64,000 bases of DNA from IMG/VR virus record IMGVR_UViG_2974789010_000001, positions 10,182 to 74,181 of that record; one strand, 5' to 3'. Below are positions 20,392 through 30,181 of the stretch, piece after piece. Each line of letters begins with the position of its first letter. The first letter of the stretch is position 1. The position numbers were made by a program, and so were the translations under genes. Below the pieces are notes generated by a model. That model searched no databases. It was given only the letters and a program-made list of their open reading frames with translations, and was not told the origin of the DNA. Source of the DNA: a virus (Duplodnaviria; Heunggongvirae; Uroviricota; Caudoviricetes; Crassvirales).

Positions 20392-21648
20392 TTAAATGAT
20401 ATATCTATTTAATATTTCAATGAACTGATTAATATACTTACCTTTAGTAGTGAGTGCACTAAGCACCTCTGCTAAGTCATGTGCAATTAATGCAGCAAGT
20501 ACTTCATCATCAAACATCTCAAGCTTAGGGTCTTCTGTATAGTACACAAGGAACTCTACATATTGTTCTGCCCAAGCATGGAATAGCTTTTCATCTTCAA
20601 ACCTTTGTTCAAACATTTCTTCACCAGCCCTAGCTAATTCATCAAGAGTTGTATCAGTAGGCTTAAAGTAATTGATGTCACCAGTAACTAACTGAGCAGC
20701 TAAATCATTAATAGTCTCAGGGTCAACTTTAACATGACCATAAGGAGGTGGCACATCAACATCAGGTTCTTCAAAAGGTAACTCATTCTGTACAGGTGGT
20801 ACATAGTTAGGATTTGTAGGTACTGCTAGATTACCTCTTCCTACATTAGTCTGGTAACTGATGCCATTTGTAGGTACTGCTGGTTTATCCTCTTTCTTAC
20901 CCCAGTTTCCATATTGACCATAGTTATTATAGCCACCACCATAGTTACCATAAGGAGTTGTTGCAGCTTTTTCTTTAGCAGCTTTAGCTTTCTGTTCTTT
21001 AACTTCTTCAATCCTAGCAGCCATTTCTGAAAAGGGATTTTCAATGGCAGGTCTTTCTACATCAAGCATAAAGTACTCAAGCTTCTTTCTATTGAAGCTG
21101 TAAGTAACAGGGCTTCCAGTTACCTCTTGACCATTGAATGTAGGATATTTAATGAAGCCAGTAGCCTGCATCTCCTCAACAACCACTCTTGTAATAGCTG
21201 CTTGATAAGTACCTTTAGTATCAATAATCAAGGATACAAAGTGAATTCTATCAGTGCCCTCTTCTCTAAGAGTAGCTAAGTCTGTACCACTAAAGAATGC
21301 ACCTAATATATGATGTGAGTGCATTAATCCTTGATATACCTTTTCATCAAGTAACTCTGGATGCTCTACCATATAACCTATTACATCAGGAGACTGGTTA
21401 AACTCAGTATAGCCACTAGTTCCTATATCTTGCAATAGGAAATCAAAGGCATTAATTACCAAGTCTTTAGTTTCAAAACTTCCAGATACTGTATAGAATA
21501 AAGTACCTGAGTATTCATCTCTTGGAAATCTATCCAAGTAATATCTTATTTTCTGTTCCAATTCTGGGCTTACAATTAACTTATACGTAGATGACTGTTT
21601 TACTAGGTCCAGCAGTTTGGGTTTCTGTACTGTTGTTTCCATATTCAT
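20392..21648 (-). CDS. JAB/MPN (JAMM) metalloprotease domain protein
   Basis: Exact JAMM motif HSHHILGAFFSGTD (H-x-H-x7-S-x2-D). Low-complexity N/Y/G-rich C-terminal half. Confidence 0.7.
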   Translation of the reverse strand: MNMETTVQKPKLLDLVKQSSTYKLIVSPELEQKIRYYLDRFPRDEYSGTLFYTVSGSFETKDLVINAFDFLLQDIGTSGYTEFNQSPDVIGYMVEHPELLDEKVYQGLMHSHHILGAFFSGTDLATLREEGTDRIHFVSLIIDTKGTYQAAITRVVVEEMQATGFIKYPTFNGQEVTGSPVTYSFNRKKLEYFMLDVERPAIENPFSEMAARIEEVKEQKAKAAKEKAATTPYGNYGGGYNNYGQYGNWGKKEDKPAVPTNGISYQTNVGRGNLAVPTNPNYVPPVQNELPFEEPDVDVPPPYGHVKVDPETINDLAAQLVTGDINYFKPTDTTLDELARAGEEMFEQRFEDEKLFHAWAEQYVEFLVYYTEDPKLEMFDDEVLAALIAHDLAEVLSALTTKGKYINQFIEILNRYII

Positions 21649-22762
21649 AATTTACTACTTTCAAAATACATTTATATATGTATTCTGCAAGTCTGTTGTT
21701 AATAAAATTAGATAAGTTATTATCATTGGCTCTGCTTTCCAAATCCCTTACCACTAGTCTTACTTCTTCACCTTTAAAGATACATACTTTCTTTCCTACA
21801 TATCTTGAATAGTAAGTTCCTCTACCACTGTTATCATAATAGAACCTGTTGTTATTGATGATTCCTTTTACAAGTACACCTTCTGCAAGCAAGTCTAAAT
21901 ATGTAGCAGTTGCATTACCCTCAGCATATTGAATATTGTACCATTCAATGAATTCATTGCTCAAGAATATTCTCCAAGTGATATATGACATACTGATACC
22001 ATAGCTACCATTAGCAAAATCGAACTTGAGTTTCTTTCTCTCAAGAAGCCATTTGACAAATTGTCTAACTCTTTCATTATTAAATGAATTAAAATGAGGC
22101 AAATTTTCATCACTAAACATAGGCCAATTACTCTCACCATGACTCATACTATTCTTACCAAGATTTTCCATTCTCTTATAAGGACCACCAGCAAGTGACT
22201 CTACTTGAACATATTTACTAAGCTCAAGACAGAATAATTGCCATCTTAGTTCATCAAAGCCTGCTGCTAGTAACGCAAGAGTATCTCTAATAGGACCACT
22301 ACCTAAACAAGGAGATTGAAATGATGTGAAGTTACTTGTAGGTATAGAATGAATATGGCTGTGCATATAGTTATTCTGTAACTGGAATACATCATATTCA
22401 GCTCTATTTAGCAGGAAGTCTCCTCTTGATTTACCTCTCCAATTAAAAGTTACTTTAGCATACAACTCCCAGATGTCTATATATCTATCATTTTCATTAG
22501 TTACCCTAACTTCTGGAAATCTAACTAATATAAATATCTCATTGAACCTGTCAGAACCATAAAGATTATTCCCTGGTTCAAGAATACTTTCCTCTGAGAA
22601 GTTCCTTCTAATAAGAGATATATACCCTTCTAGTGATAGGTAGTTCTGCATATCTACAAACTCTTCACCATAGAAATCCTTAAATATATCATAAATAATA
22701 TTAGGCTTTTCCATGATAGAGTTATACATGCCTGTTATCTTTTCTATTATTCTTTCTTCCAT
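21581..22762 (-). CDS. Hypothetical protein
   Basis: 393-aa ORF overlapping the JAB gene. No recognisable motif. Confidence 0.45.
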   Translation of the reverse strand: MEERIIEKITGMYNSIMEKPNIIYDIFKDFYGEEFVDMQNYLSLEGYISLIRRNFSEESILEPGNNLYGSDRFNEIFILVRFPEVRVTNENDRYIDIWELYAKVTFNWRGKSRGDFLLNRAEYDVFQLQNNYMHSHIHSIPTSNFTSFQSPCLGSGPIRDTLALLAAGFDELRWQLFCLELSKYVQVESLAGGPYKRMENLGKNSMSHGESNWPMFSDENLPHFNSFNNERVRQFVKWLLERKKLKFDFANGSYGISMSYITWRIFLSNEFIEWYNIQYAEGNATATYLDLLAEGVLVKGIINNNRFYYDNSGRGTYYSRYVGKKVCIFKGEEVRLVVRDLESRANDNNLSNFINNRLAEYIYKCILKVVNYEYGNNSTETQTAGPSKTVIYV

Positions 22763-22769
22763 ATATCAC

Positions 22770-22810
22770 CAAAAAAAAGAGGCTGATGAATACTCACCAA
22801 CCTCTTAATG
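22770..22810 (-). terminator. Rho-independent terminator
   Basis: On the minus strand the stem AAGAGGTTGG...CCAGCCTCTT is followed by TTTTTTTT, immediately downstream of gene 22815..23753. Confidence 0.6.
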
Positions 22811-22814
22811 TTAT

Positions 22815-23753
22815 TTACTGTGCCCAACCACCAAACAGAGAATTAATCTCTGATTGAGAAAGGTTATCATCTTCTTTCTTAGGAGCAGGCTGTTCAGCTT
22901 TTGCCTCTACAGCTTGAGTTTCACCACATTCACCTTGTAGGTCATCAAGCAATTCTGAATAGTTGCCATATAAATCCTCTTCATCAATAAGAAGATTCAA
23001 TAATTGACCTAAGATTCTTCTTGCCTTTACATCTATTACTTGTACAGGTGCAACAGATGCAGGAGCACCACCTTGACCTTCAATAGATGCCATAGCACCT
23101 GCACCAATCAAGTCACTTACAAACTTAGCAGCAACTTCCTTAGTCAATCCTTGGATTCTTGAAGGAACGCCCTCAACGATGTCTTTAGCTTCTTTCGAGC
23201 TCACATTGACAGTTTCCATTACTACTTTCACAACTTTAAGCTTATCACTACCTGCATTGCTGATAATAACAGCAGTATTACCTATGGTAGGGGCAGCTTT
23301 AACAGCAGGAGCTTCTACTTTAGGTTCAACTTTAGGGGATGCACCTGCAATTAGTACCTCCAAATCAGAAGTACTGCACTGGGTAAAGTTCTTACCATAC
23401 TTAGCCTTACAAGCATCCTGCAATCCAAGCTGCTTAATCTTAGCATAAGCAGCAGGTCTATCACCAGCGCCACTTCTAATCTTCTTGTTAGCTGTGGTCA
23501 ACATGAACACCAAGTCATTGGTAGTAGTGGCAGGGGTTGTGCCCTTAGCTGCAACAGGAACATTAGTAGGCAGAACTGAGGCATCATCCTTCAATTCTGT
23601 TCTTGTTCTACCTTCATAGAATGTCATGTTGTCATAGTTGATACCTGCTCTTCTCATGTCTGCTTTTAAAGCACCAAGAGTTTCAGCTTCTGACATAATA
23701 CTTTTCTGACTTGAACTGTTGTTCATCACGAATAAAATCTTTCTTGCTTCCAT
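22815..23753 (-). CDS. Phage protein containing a ribosomal bL12 (L7/L12) C-terminal-like domain
   Basis: KLKVVKVVMETVNVSSKEAKDIVEGVPSRIQGLTKEVAAKFVSDLIGAGAMASIE aligns by eye with bL12 CTD ([27 protein letters not shown]...EEAGAEVEV). C-terminus ...SLFGGWAQ. Confidence 0.6.
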   Translation of the reverse strand: MEARKILFVMNNSSSQKSIMSEAETLGALKADMRRAGINYDNMTFYEGRTRTELKDDASVLPTNVPVAAKGTTPATTTNDLVFMLTTANKKIRSGAGDRPAAYAKIKQLGLQDACKAKYGKNFTQCSTSDLEVLIAGASPKVEPKVEAPAVKAAPTIGNTAVIISNAGSDKLKVVKVVMETVNVSSKEAKDIVEGVPSRIQGLTKEVAAKFVSDLIGAGAMASIEGQGGAPASVAPVQVIDVKARRILGQLLNLLIDEEDLYGNYSELLDDLQGECGETQAVEAKAEQPAPKKEDDNLSQSEINSLFGGWAQ

Positions 23754-23766
23754 AATGTTATTTAAT

Positions 23767-24783
23767 TTAAAATGGGATATTGATGTTTACTTGTTCTCCA
23801 TTTATAAGGCTGAGAATCACCTGTTTGAACTCATTCACATTGTTAAGGAGCTTGAATAAGTCACTACAATCTTTAGCTCCATAATCAGGTAATACTAAAT
23901 TAGTGAACCCAGTGGACTCTGACAGTTTCCTTGCATCTTCCAAGCCAGCTTCATCATTATCCAGTAGTATATAAATCTCTTTATATCTCCTTTTAAGTTC
24001 ACTAATTGCAGTATCACTTATACTATAACCTTCACCTTGAATTGCAATACATGGCACACCTGTATTAGACCAAACACATAGAGCATCTTTCATTGAAGAG
24101 CAGACTATTAACTTCTCTCCTTGCTCAGGTATTTTAGTCCAAAGACTTATTACTGACCTATCATGTTTGTTTGACCATTTATAGCCATTAGTATTGAATG
24201 GTTGATATATCTTAAGAGTAACTTTACCCTCTTTTCTCTCAACATAAGCATAAGCATACTTATCAGCAGCAAATATGAATTTGTTGTTACCCTTAATCAC
24301 TATCTTATGTGATATAGGATAAATGTCTGCATATTTTAGCCAATCGAGAGATATACCAAAGGATTGCCAATATTCAATATCATGCTTCCTCCATTCTCTT
24401 ACTCTGCATTGTAAGTCAGTACTTTCACTATAACTGCTAATTGACTGGGGTTTGCCCATCTTGTTTGATTTAGCATAAGTAGTGGATATATTAGGTAAGT
24501 CATCCCAGACTTTCTTTAAGACTTCTCTGTAACTCACCCCCCAATATTCACCTAGCATATCCCAAAGACCTCCTGAGGTATTCTTGGATAAGTCTTTCCA
24601 GTATATTTTACTTCCATCTAAGGTATAAATACCAAAAGAAGGGTCTTTATCTACCCTAAGAGGGCTAGATATTACACATGGAATATTACTCACGTTGAAA
24701 TAATGATAGAGTATATCAGCTTCACTGACTTTGCTCAGAATATCATTAAGAGTTATGCTAGTTGTACCACTACCAAATGCCAT
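23767..24783 (-). CDS. Toprim-domain DNA primase (DnaG-like)
   Basis: Toprim signature EKLIVCSSMKDAL...ILLDNDEAG (E...DxD). C-terminus ends NIPF. Confidence 0.55.
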   Translation of the reverse strand: MAFGSGTTSITLNDILSKVSEADILYHYFNVSNIPCVISSPLRVDKDPSFGIYTLDGSKIYWKDLSKNTSGGLWDMLGEYWGVSYREVLKKVWDDLPNISTTYAKSNKMGKPQSISSYSESTDLQCRVREWRKHDIEYWQSFGISLDWLKYADIYPISHKIVIKGNNKFIFAADKYAYAYVERKEGKVTLKIYQPFNTNGYKWSNKHDRSVISLWTKIPEQGEKLIVCSSMKDALCVWSNTGVPCIAIQGEGYSISDTAISELKRRYKEIYILLDNDEAGLEDARKLSESTGFTNLVLPDYGAKDCSDLFKLLNNVNEFKQVILSLINGEQVNINIPF

Positions 24784-24813
24784 ATATCAATTCAAGTTAA
24801 AGGTTATTTTTAA

Positions 24814-25794
24814 TTACTGTACCCAGCCCCAAGGACCTGCCTGTGCAGCAGGAGCTGCATTACCATTTGTAGGATTTGCAGGAGGGAAAGGCATAGCACC
24901 TGCTGAGAAGTCAGTTGACTCTACAGAATATTCATGCAAAGGTTCAATACTGAACTCAGTTGTAGGATAGGAGCCAGCAGCTTTTCTTCCTTGAATATCT
25001 GCATCAAGTTTGCTGTAATCAGTAATAATGTTCTTCAAGAACTTCTGAGTATAAACAGCTTGATATTGTTTGTTTTCATCAGTTGTTCTTACACCAAAAC
25101 ATGCCTTCACAACATTCTTAGGTTGCAGTTTCAAGATAGAGTCAAGCTCCTTGAAGTCACCCTTGAAATAGTTGTCAATGCTATCCAGTCTAGCCAGAGC
25201 ATCATCCAGATTAGGCAAAGTCTTGGTAACAAGTTCACCAGTGTTCTTGTCTTTGTAGCTGAATGATGGGTTAGGGATATTCAAATAGGCTTTGATAAAG
25301 CCTGTCAATTCTTCCTCACCAATATATGCAGGTCTGTAATCTTTGTCAAGGTTTGCAGGACCATTTTCATACTGAGGAATTGCATGTGCTTTGGCTTCCT
25401 CAATAGTAGGCCAAGCAGTCTGACCATACTTGTCAATCACCTGAACTTTGGTGTTATCTCTGTTGTATCTGAATGCTTTCTTAACAAAGAAAGTAATCTT
25501 GGTTCTCATCTCAATGCCATTAGTCTTAGCAGCATCAGAAACAACCAAGAAATCAATTCTTACTTGAGGAACTTTGGTTTTATTACCATCAGGACCTACC
25601 TCAGATTCACCAAGATATACAGGCTCTTCATCAATGTCACTCTCATAAAACTTACTCAGCATTTCCTTGTTAGGGTTAACTGCTGTTACAAATACAGGAG
25701 CAATACCCATATAGAGTTTTCTATTGCTCTCTTTAGATTCAGAGCCTGCGGCAAAAGCCATAAATACTTTAGCACCTTTTTTCAAATTATTCAT
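24814..25794 (-). CDS. Hypothetical protein, possible ssDNA-binding protein by position
   Basis: Sits between the primase and the Sak4-like ATPase. No motif recognised. C-terminus ...PWGWVQ. Confidence 0.3.
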   Translation of the reverse strand: MNNLKKGAKVFMAFAAGSESKESNRKLYMGIAPVFVTAVNPNKEMLSKFYESDIDEEPVYLGESEVGPDGNKTKVPQVRIDFLVVSDAAKTNGIEMRTKITFFVKKAFRYNRDNTKVQVIDKYGQTAWPTIEEAKAHAIPQYENGPANLDKDYRPAYIGEEELTGFIKAYLNIPNPSFSYKDKNTGELVTKTLPNLDDALARLDSIDNYFKGDFKELDSILKLQPKNVVKACFGVRTTDENKQYQAVYTQKFLKNIITDYSKLDADIQGRKAAGSYPTTEFSIEPLHEYSVESTDFSAGAMPFPPANPTNGNAAPAAQAGPWGWVQ

Positions 25795-25821
25795 ATCTCA
25801 AATTGTTTAAAATGTTATTAC

Positions 25822-26199
25822 TTATGCTTCAAAAGGCAATGGATTTACATCTGTGCCTACTTCTTCTGTAGGCATGAAGGGATTTGCAGGAGCATCTACA
25901 GGAGTCTCTGTAGCAACACTTGCAGTCTCAGTTGCCACTTCTTCAACAGGCTGTTCAGCAACCTTCAACTGTTGCAAAGCTGCATCCATTTCACCATTCA
26001 ATACTTGTTCTGAGGTATAACCACCAGTTACCTCAATGATGGGTTGCTCAAACAAATCAATACTTTTGTTCACAGACTCAAGTTCTGCATCAATCTTAGC
26101 CTTTTGTGCTTCCAACTTAGCTTTCTTAGCTCTGAATGTTTTCACATTAGCAGCAGTTCTCTTAACTGTTGCAAGTTCTGTTCTACTTAATTCTTTCAT
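25822..26199 (-). CDS. Hypothetical coiled-coil protein
   Basis: 125 aa, KAKLEAQKAKIDAELE coiled coil. Confidence 0.4.
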   Translation of the reverse strand: MKELSRTELATVKRTAANVKTFRAKKAKLEAQKAKIDAELESVNKSIDLFEQPIIEVTGGYTSEQVLNGEMDAALQQLKVAEQPVEEVATETASVATETPVDAPANPFMPTEEVGTDVNPLPFEA

Positions 26200-26212
26200 C
26201 TTCTCTTTAATT

Positions 26213-26467
26213 TTAATACATGTATAAAACTTGGTTATCTCTTAACCTTATAACTTCACATATAGCAAATTTCTTCTTATAGTACTCTATAACTTCTTCT
26301 ATATAAGGTTGTAACTGACCTGTTGTAATAAGCAATTGAATAAATGTATTAGTCATATTAACATCCTTATTATGCTCTGTTACACAATACTCTACTAAAA
26401 GTCTAGTAGCTATATTCAAAGATAACTTACCAGACTTTATATAAGAAAGAAATTCATCTCTATCCAT
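26213..26467 (-). CDS. Hypothetical small protein
   Basis: 84-aa ORF. Confidence 0.35.
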   Translation of the reverse strand: MDRDEFLSYIKSGKLSLNIATRLLVEYCVTEHNKDVNMTNTFIQLLITTGQLQPYIEEVIEYYKKKFAICEVIRLRDNQVLYMY

Positions 26468-27167
26468 AGTACTCTTTAGCCTTTTCTACCACCATACCTA
26501 AATCATTAGGCATATACAATGGGAACATTCCAACAGGACTTTTTGCTGGATATACACCATCATCATTGGTTACAAACTCTCTGATAGATTTCTTTTCTTT
26601 CTCATCATAAGTGGCTTTACCATAGAGAACTATCTCAAATTTACCCTCTGGTGTGATGTAAGAGTCCACCATACTTCCAGTACTCTTATACTTATAAGAG
26701 ATAGAATCACCATTCTTATCTTTATACTCTTCAAAGTGAGCTAATGCTATAAAGTTCTTATTCTCAGGAACTTTATTGATTGCATCAAAGATAAGTCCCA
26801 TACCATAGCCAATTTGCTTTGGTGTATCCCAACCACCCTTCATTGCATTCTTCATATAGTAGTCCTGACTAATGTAATTCATATCATCAAGAACTATATT
26901 AATGAATGGAGATTGTGAACTAGCTAATATTTCAATGATTTGAGCCACCTCTTTTGCATCATTGGTAATAATTCTATTACCACTAGCAATGTTTTGAAAT
27001 GTTGTAATCTTGAATTTACTGCTAGCACCCCTAAAAGGTAAGGGTTTGTTAACACAACTAATTAAATAAGTTATTTTAGGGTCTAGCCCTTTTAGCCCTA
27101 ATTCTGGTATTTCTCCAATAGATGTAGATTTACCAAAACCTGATTTAGCAAGTACTAATGCTTTCAT
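26460..27167 (-). CDS. Sak4-like (AAA_24) RecA-fold ssDNA-annealing ATPase
   Basis: N-terminal Walker A MKALVLAKSGFGKST. Size of about 235 aa is typical of Sak4/AAA_24. Confidence 0.6.
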   Translation of the reverse strand: MKALVLAKSGFGKSTSIGEIPELGLKGLDPKITYLISCVNKPLPFRGASSKFKITTFQNIASGNRIITNDAKEVAQIIEILASSQSPFINIVLDDMNYISQDYYMKNAMKGGWDTPKQIGYGMGLIFDAINKVPENKNFIALAHFEEYKDKNGDSISYKYKSTGSMVDSYITPEGKFEIVLYGKATYDEKEKKSIREFVTNDDGVYPAKSPVGMFPLYMPNDLGMVVEKAKEYYG

Positions 27168-27188
27168 TTACTTCTACTTTTTTTTTTT

Positions 27189-28406
27189 TTATTTAATAAA
27201 CCATGCAAAGATAGATAATCTTTTCCATCTATGCAAATATCTACTCATTTTATTTCTCTTCTCAGCTATGTGTATAAATAGACTTGCCTTGCCCTCTTTC
27301 ATTCTGATGTACTTGAGATATTCATACACTCTAGCTATACCATTCCTATCACTTGGTAAAGGTAGTTCATTGAAATCACATACAGCACCATCAAAGAATA
27401 GTGGACATAAGCCTCCCATTTCACCATCTCTATTAACAAGAACTTCAAGGAATCTTATGTTATCTCTAAACTTAGTGATATCATACTCCTTATAAGTTTC
27501 AAGTTCAAACTTGAATGGACTAAATAAACCAAGAAGTATATTACAATCTCTTGCAATGTACTTACTATCACCTAGACCTTGAGCTGATGGTCTGATTCTG
27601 CCACTAACAAAGTTGTCATTACTTTCATTCTCAAAGGATTGTTGCTGAATGATAACAGGACTAAATCCATAGTTATTTCTAAGATACTTTGCCAGATACT
27701 CTGACAATTTATCCATAGATTGCTTTAGATTCATTCCTCTCTCAGTATCAATCAAACCTATATGGTCTATGAATGCAATCTTGTACTCTTTAGGGTCATC
27801 TGGAACATAGTAATCAAAAGTATCAGTTTCCTTTAACTCTCCTAATTCCCCCCTGTACACTGACTTTTTCTTATGAGTAGTACCATGTTCTTCTGCATAT
27901 CTCTGACATTCTTTGAAGATGCCAGTAGGATTGGCAGTAGTGCTAAATATGATACTATCCTCGAAGAATTTAAGTATTTCTGCATACTCTGAACTCCTCA
28001 AGATTTCAAGTACCTCTTCTGGTAATGGCTTGTCATTCTTTGAACTTCTAAGGTCTTTTGGAGATATTCTAATCTTGCCTTTTGAAAGATGATACAAGAT
28101 ATAACTCATAAACCTCTGCATGACTCTCTCTTGTGTCTCTTCAAGTACAAAATAGAATATCTTCACTCTAACCTTATCTCTATTATAGAAAGCAAAAAGA
28201 ATAGGATTGTAGATAAAAGCATAGGAAGCAAATTGAGATTTACCACCTTTAGTGACAGAAGTGACACAATAATAGGTAGATTGTTCTACACCTATAAAGT
28301 CATCACTGAACCTTCTGAAAGATGATGGAATACTATTAATACCACCATCAATCAAGTTCTTTCTTCTATCCTCAAGTATCTTTAATGTTCTTTCATATAA
28401 GCCCAT
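27189..28406 (-). CDS. DnaB-like replicative helicase (RecA-fold)
   Basis: Walker A TSVTKGGKSQFA and Walker B KIAFIDHIGLI. 405 aa. Confidence 0.55.
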   Translation of the reverse strand: MGLYERTLKILEDRRKNLIDGGINSIPSSFRRFSDDFIGVEQSTYYCVTSVTKGGKSQFASYAFIYNPILFAFYNRDKVRVKIFYFVLEETQERVMQRFMSYILYHLSKGKIRISPKDLRSSKNDKPLPEEVLEILRSSEYAEILKFFEDSIIFSTTANPTGIFKECQRYAEEHGTTHKKKSVYRGELGELKETDTFDYYVPDDPKEYKIAFIDHIGLIDTERGMNLKQSMDKLSEYLAKYLRNNYGFSPVIIQQQSFENESNDNFVSGRIRPSAQGLGDSKYIARDCNILLGLFSPFKFELETYKEYDITKFRDNIRFLEVLVNRDGEMGGLCPLFFDGAVCDFNELPLPSDRNGIARVYEYLKYIRMKEGKASLFIHIAEKRNKMSRYLHRWKRLSIFAWFIK

Positions 28407-28409
28407 AGT

Positions 28410-29003
28410 TTACTTCAAGCTAGATGTCCAATCAGTATCTACTGATACTCCACTTTCATTCTCAATATAGGATGCCAAGTCTGATACTTCACTAATATAA
28501 CCAATTCCCTCAGAATCTAACTTCTTTTCATCTTTCCAAATGAAGTACTTAAGCACTCTCATATAGCTATAGTTGCCATTGAATGCTTTAACATACTTAT
28601 CAGTAGCTTCAAGAATTTGTTTATCAGTGAATCTATTTCCATAGAGCTTAAAGAACTTCTTCAACCTAAGAGTAATATCTTTTCTATTACCTCTATAATA
28701 TTGAGAAGTTCCTTGCTTCTTGCCACTAGGAAACAGTTCCATCATCTTGGCTGCAAGACTCTCAATCCTATCTTGTGGTTGTCTGTCTTTATCAGAGTCT
28801 AACAACACACTAGCTACTTTTTCATCATAGCCAAGAGTAACAAGATACTTATTGAACATATCTTTCACCAGTGCTTTCTTGTCTTCAAGACTAGCAAATA
28901 ATACTGGCACATCTACACCAGTTTTCACTAGTGTAAGTGCAAGTACTTCTGGCATAGTCAATCCCCAATTCTTGCATACTTCTTCATCAATTGTTATTGT
29001 CAT
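28410..29003 (-). CDS. Hypothetical protein (helicase-associated by position)
   Basis: 197-aa ORF between the two helicases. Confidence 0.35.
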   Translation of the reverse strand: MTITIDEEVCKNWGLTMPEVLALTLVKTGVDVPVLFASLEDKKALVKDMFNKYLVTLGYDEKVASVLLDSDKDRQPQDRIESLAAKMMELFPSGKKQGTSQYYRGNRKDITLRLKKFFKLYGNRFTDKQILEATDKYVKAFNGNYSYMRVLKYFIWKDEKKLDSEGIGYISEVSDLASYIENESGVSVDTDWTSSLK

Positions 29004-30181
29004 ACTTTAATCTGATTTAAACTTTCAACAGTCTCAACCAACTCTGGGTTGTAGTCCTCAAGCATAGTCTCAAGTATCTCTTCTTCCCTTGTGTTCTTGT
29101 AGTAAGGTATAATAAGCACAGGGTTAGAATGTCTAAGAATTCTTCCCAGCTTCTGCTTAATCATAACTTCACTACTATTCAAAGAAGCATATATTCCTAC
29201 CTGACAATCTACAAGGTTCATACCTTCATTCAACATATTACATGATGTAATCTGATTGACTTCTCTCTTGTTGAACTGCTCAAGTACTTTATCTGAGTCC
29301 TTGTTATTGCTATTAATGCAGTTCTTACCTAATGTCTCTGTCTGTTCAATAGAGTTACAGAAGGTCAGGCATCTTTGCTTTCTAAGATGCACTTGAAGGT
29401 TAGACACAATAGAGGTCTTGAAGTTACTTAGCATCTTTAGCCTTAAACCAGCTAGGTATAGCCATTTGTTTTTGAATACTTCATTTCTACCTCTCATGTA
29501 TATTCTCTTCCAGTAGTCTATCTTAGCACTCAATTCATTGATGTATTCCTGCTGAGTGCAGTTAACAATAACAGTAGTATAGGACTTGTCTTTGAGATAC
29601 TTCCACTTATCTGAATAGTCACAAGTAATACTCTTACCTTTAGCTGACTTCCTTAATTCAAAAGGATATTTTCTGTCAGTATTATCTAAAGTATAAGGTA
29701 TAAGATACACTTTTGGCTCTGCTAATACTTCCTCTTGAGCTTGCTTCATAGTGATTTTGTAACAATACAAATCCTTGAAACTAGCTCTTAATGCAGCTTT
29801 CTTTGAGTCTATAACAGTCCCTGATAAGAGAGTACTATACTTGAATGTCATAGTACTAATTACATCAAGTGATTTATCAGTGAAATGATGACATTCATCT
29901 GCTATCAACATATCAAAAGATTCTCCTTCATGCTTCTTAATACCTACATAAGTACTAAATGTAACTCTCTTCAAGTACTTGTCCATCTTCCATTTAACAA
30001 ATTCATCCTTCCAATTCTGTATTAATACTAGTCTTGGTACTAAGATAAGTATGTTCTTAGGGTTCCTTTTGACCATAATGTCAAGTGCTTGTTTAGTCTT
30101 GCCAAATGATGTAACTAACTCAAGGAGTATGTTCTTAGACTTTATTGCCTGTATTTCTTTACTTGCTTCTTCTCTATTCAT
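29000..30181 (-). CDS. SF2 DEAD/DEAH-box helicase
   Basis: Motif I region ILILVPRLVL and motif II LIADECHHF (DECH). Confidence 0.7.
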   Translation of the reverse strand: MNREEASKEIQAIKSKNILLELVTSFGKTKQALDIMVKRNPKNILILVPRLVLIQNWKDEFVKWKMDKYLKRVTFSTYVGIKKHEGESFDMLIADECHHFTDKSLDVISTMTFKYSTLLSGTVIDSKKAALRASFKDLYCYKITMKQAQEEVLAEPKVYLIPYTLDNTDRKYPFELRKSAKGKSITCDYSDKWKYLKDKSYTTVIVNCTQQEYINELSAKIDYWKRIYMRGRNEVFKNKWLYLAGLRLKMLSNFKTSIVSNLQVHLRKQRCLTFCNSIEQTETLGKNCINSNNKDSDKVLEQFNKREVNQITSCNMLNEGMNLVDCQVGIYASLNSSEVMIKQKLGRILRHSNPVLIIPYYKNTREEEILETMLEDYNPELVETVESLNQIKV

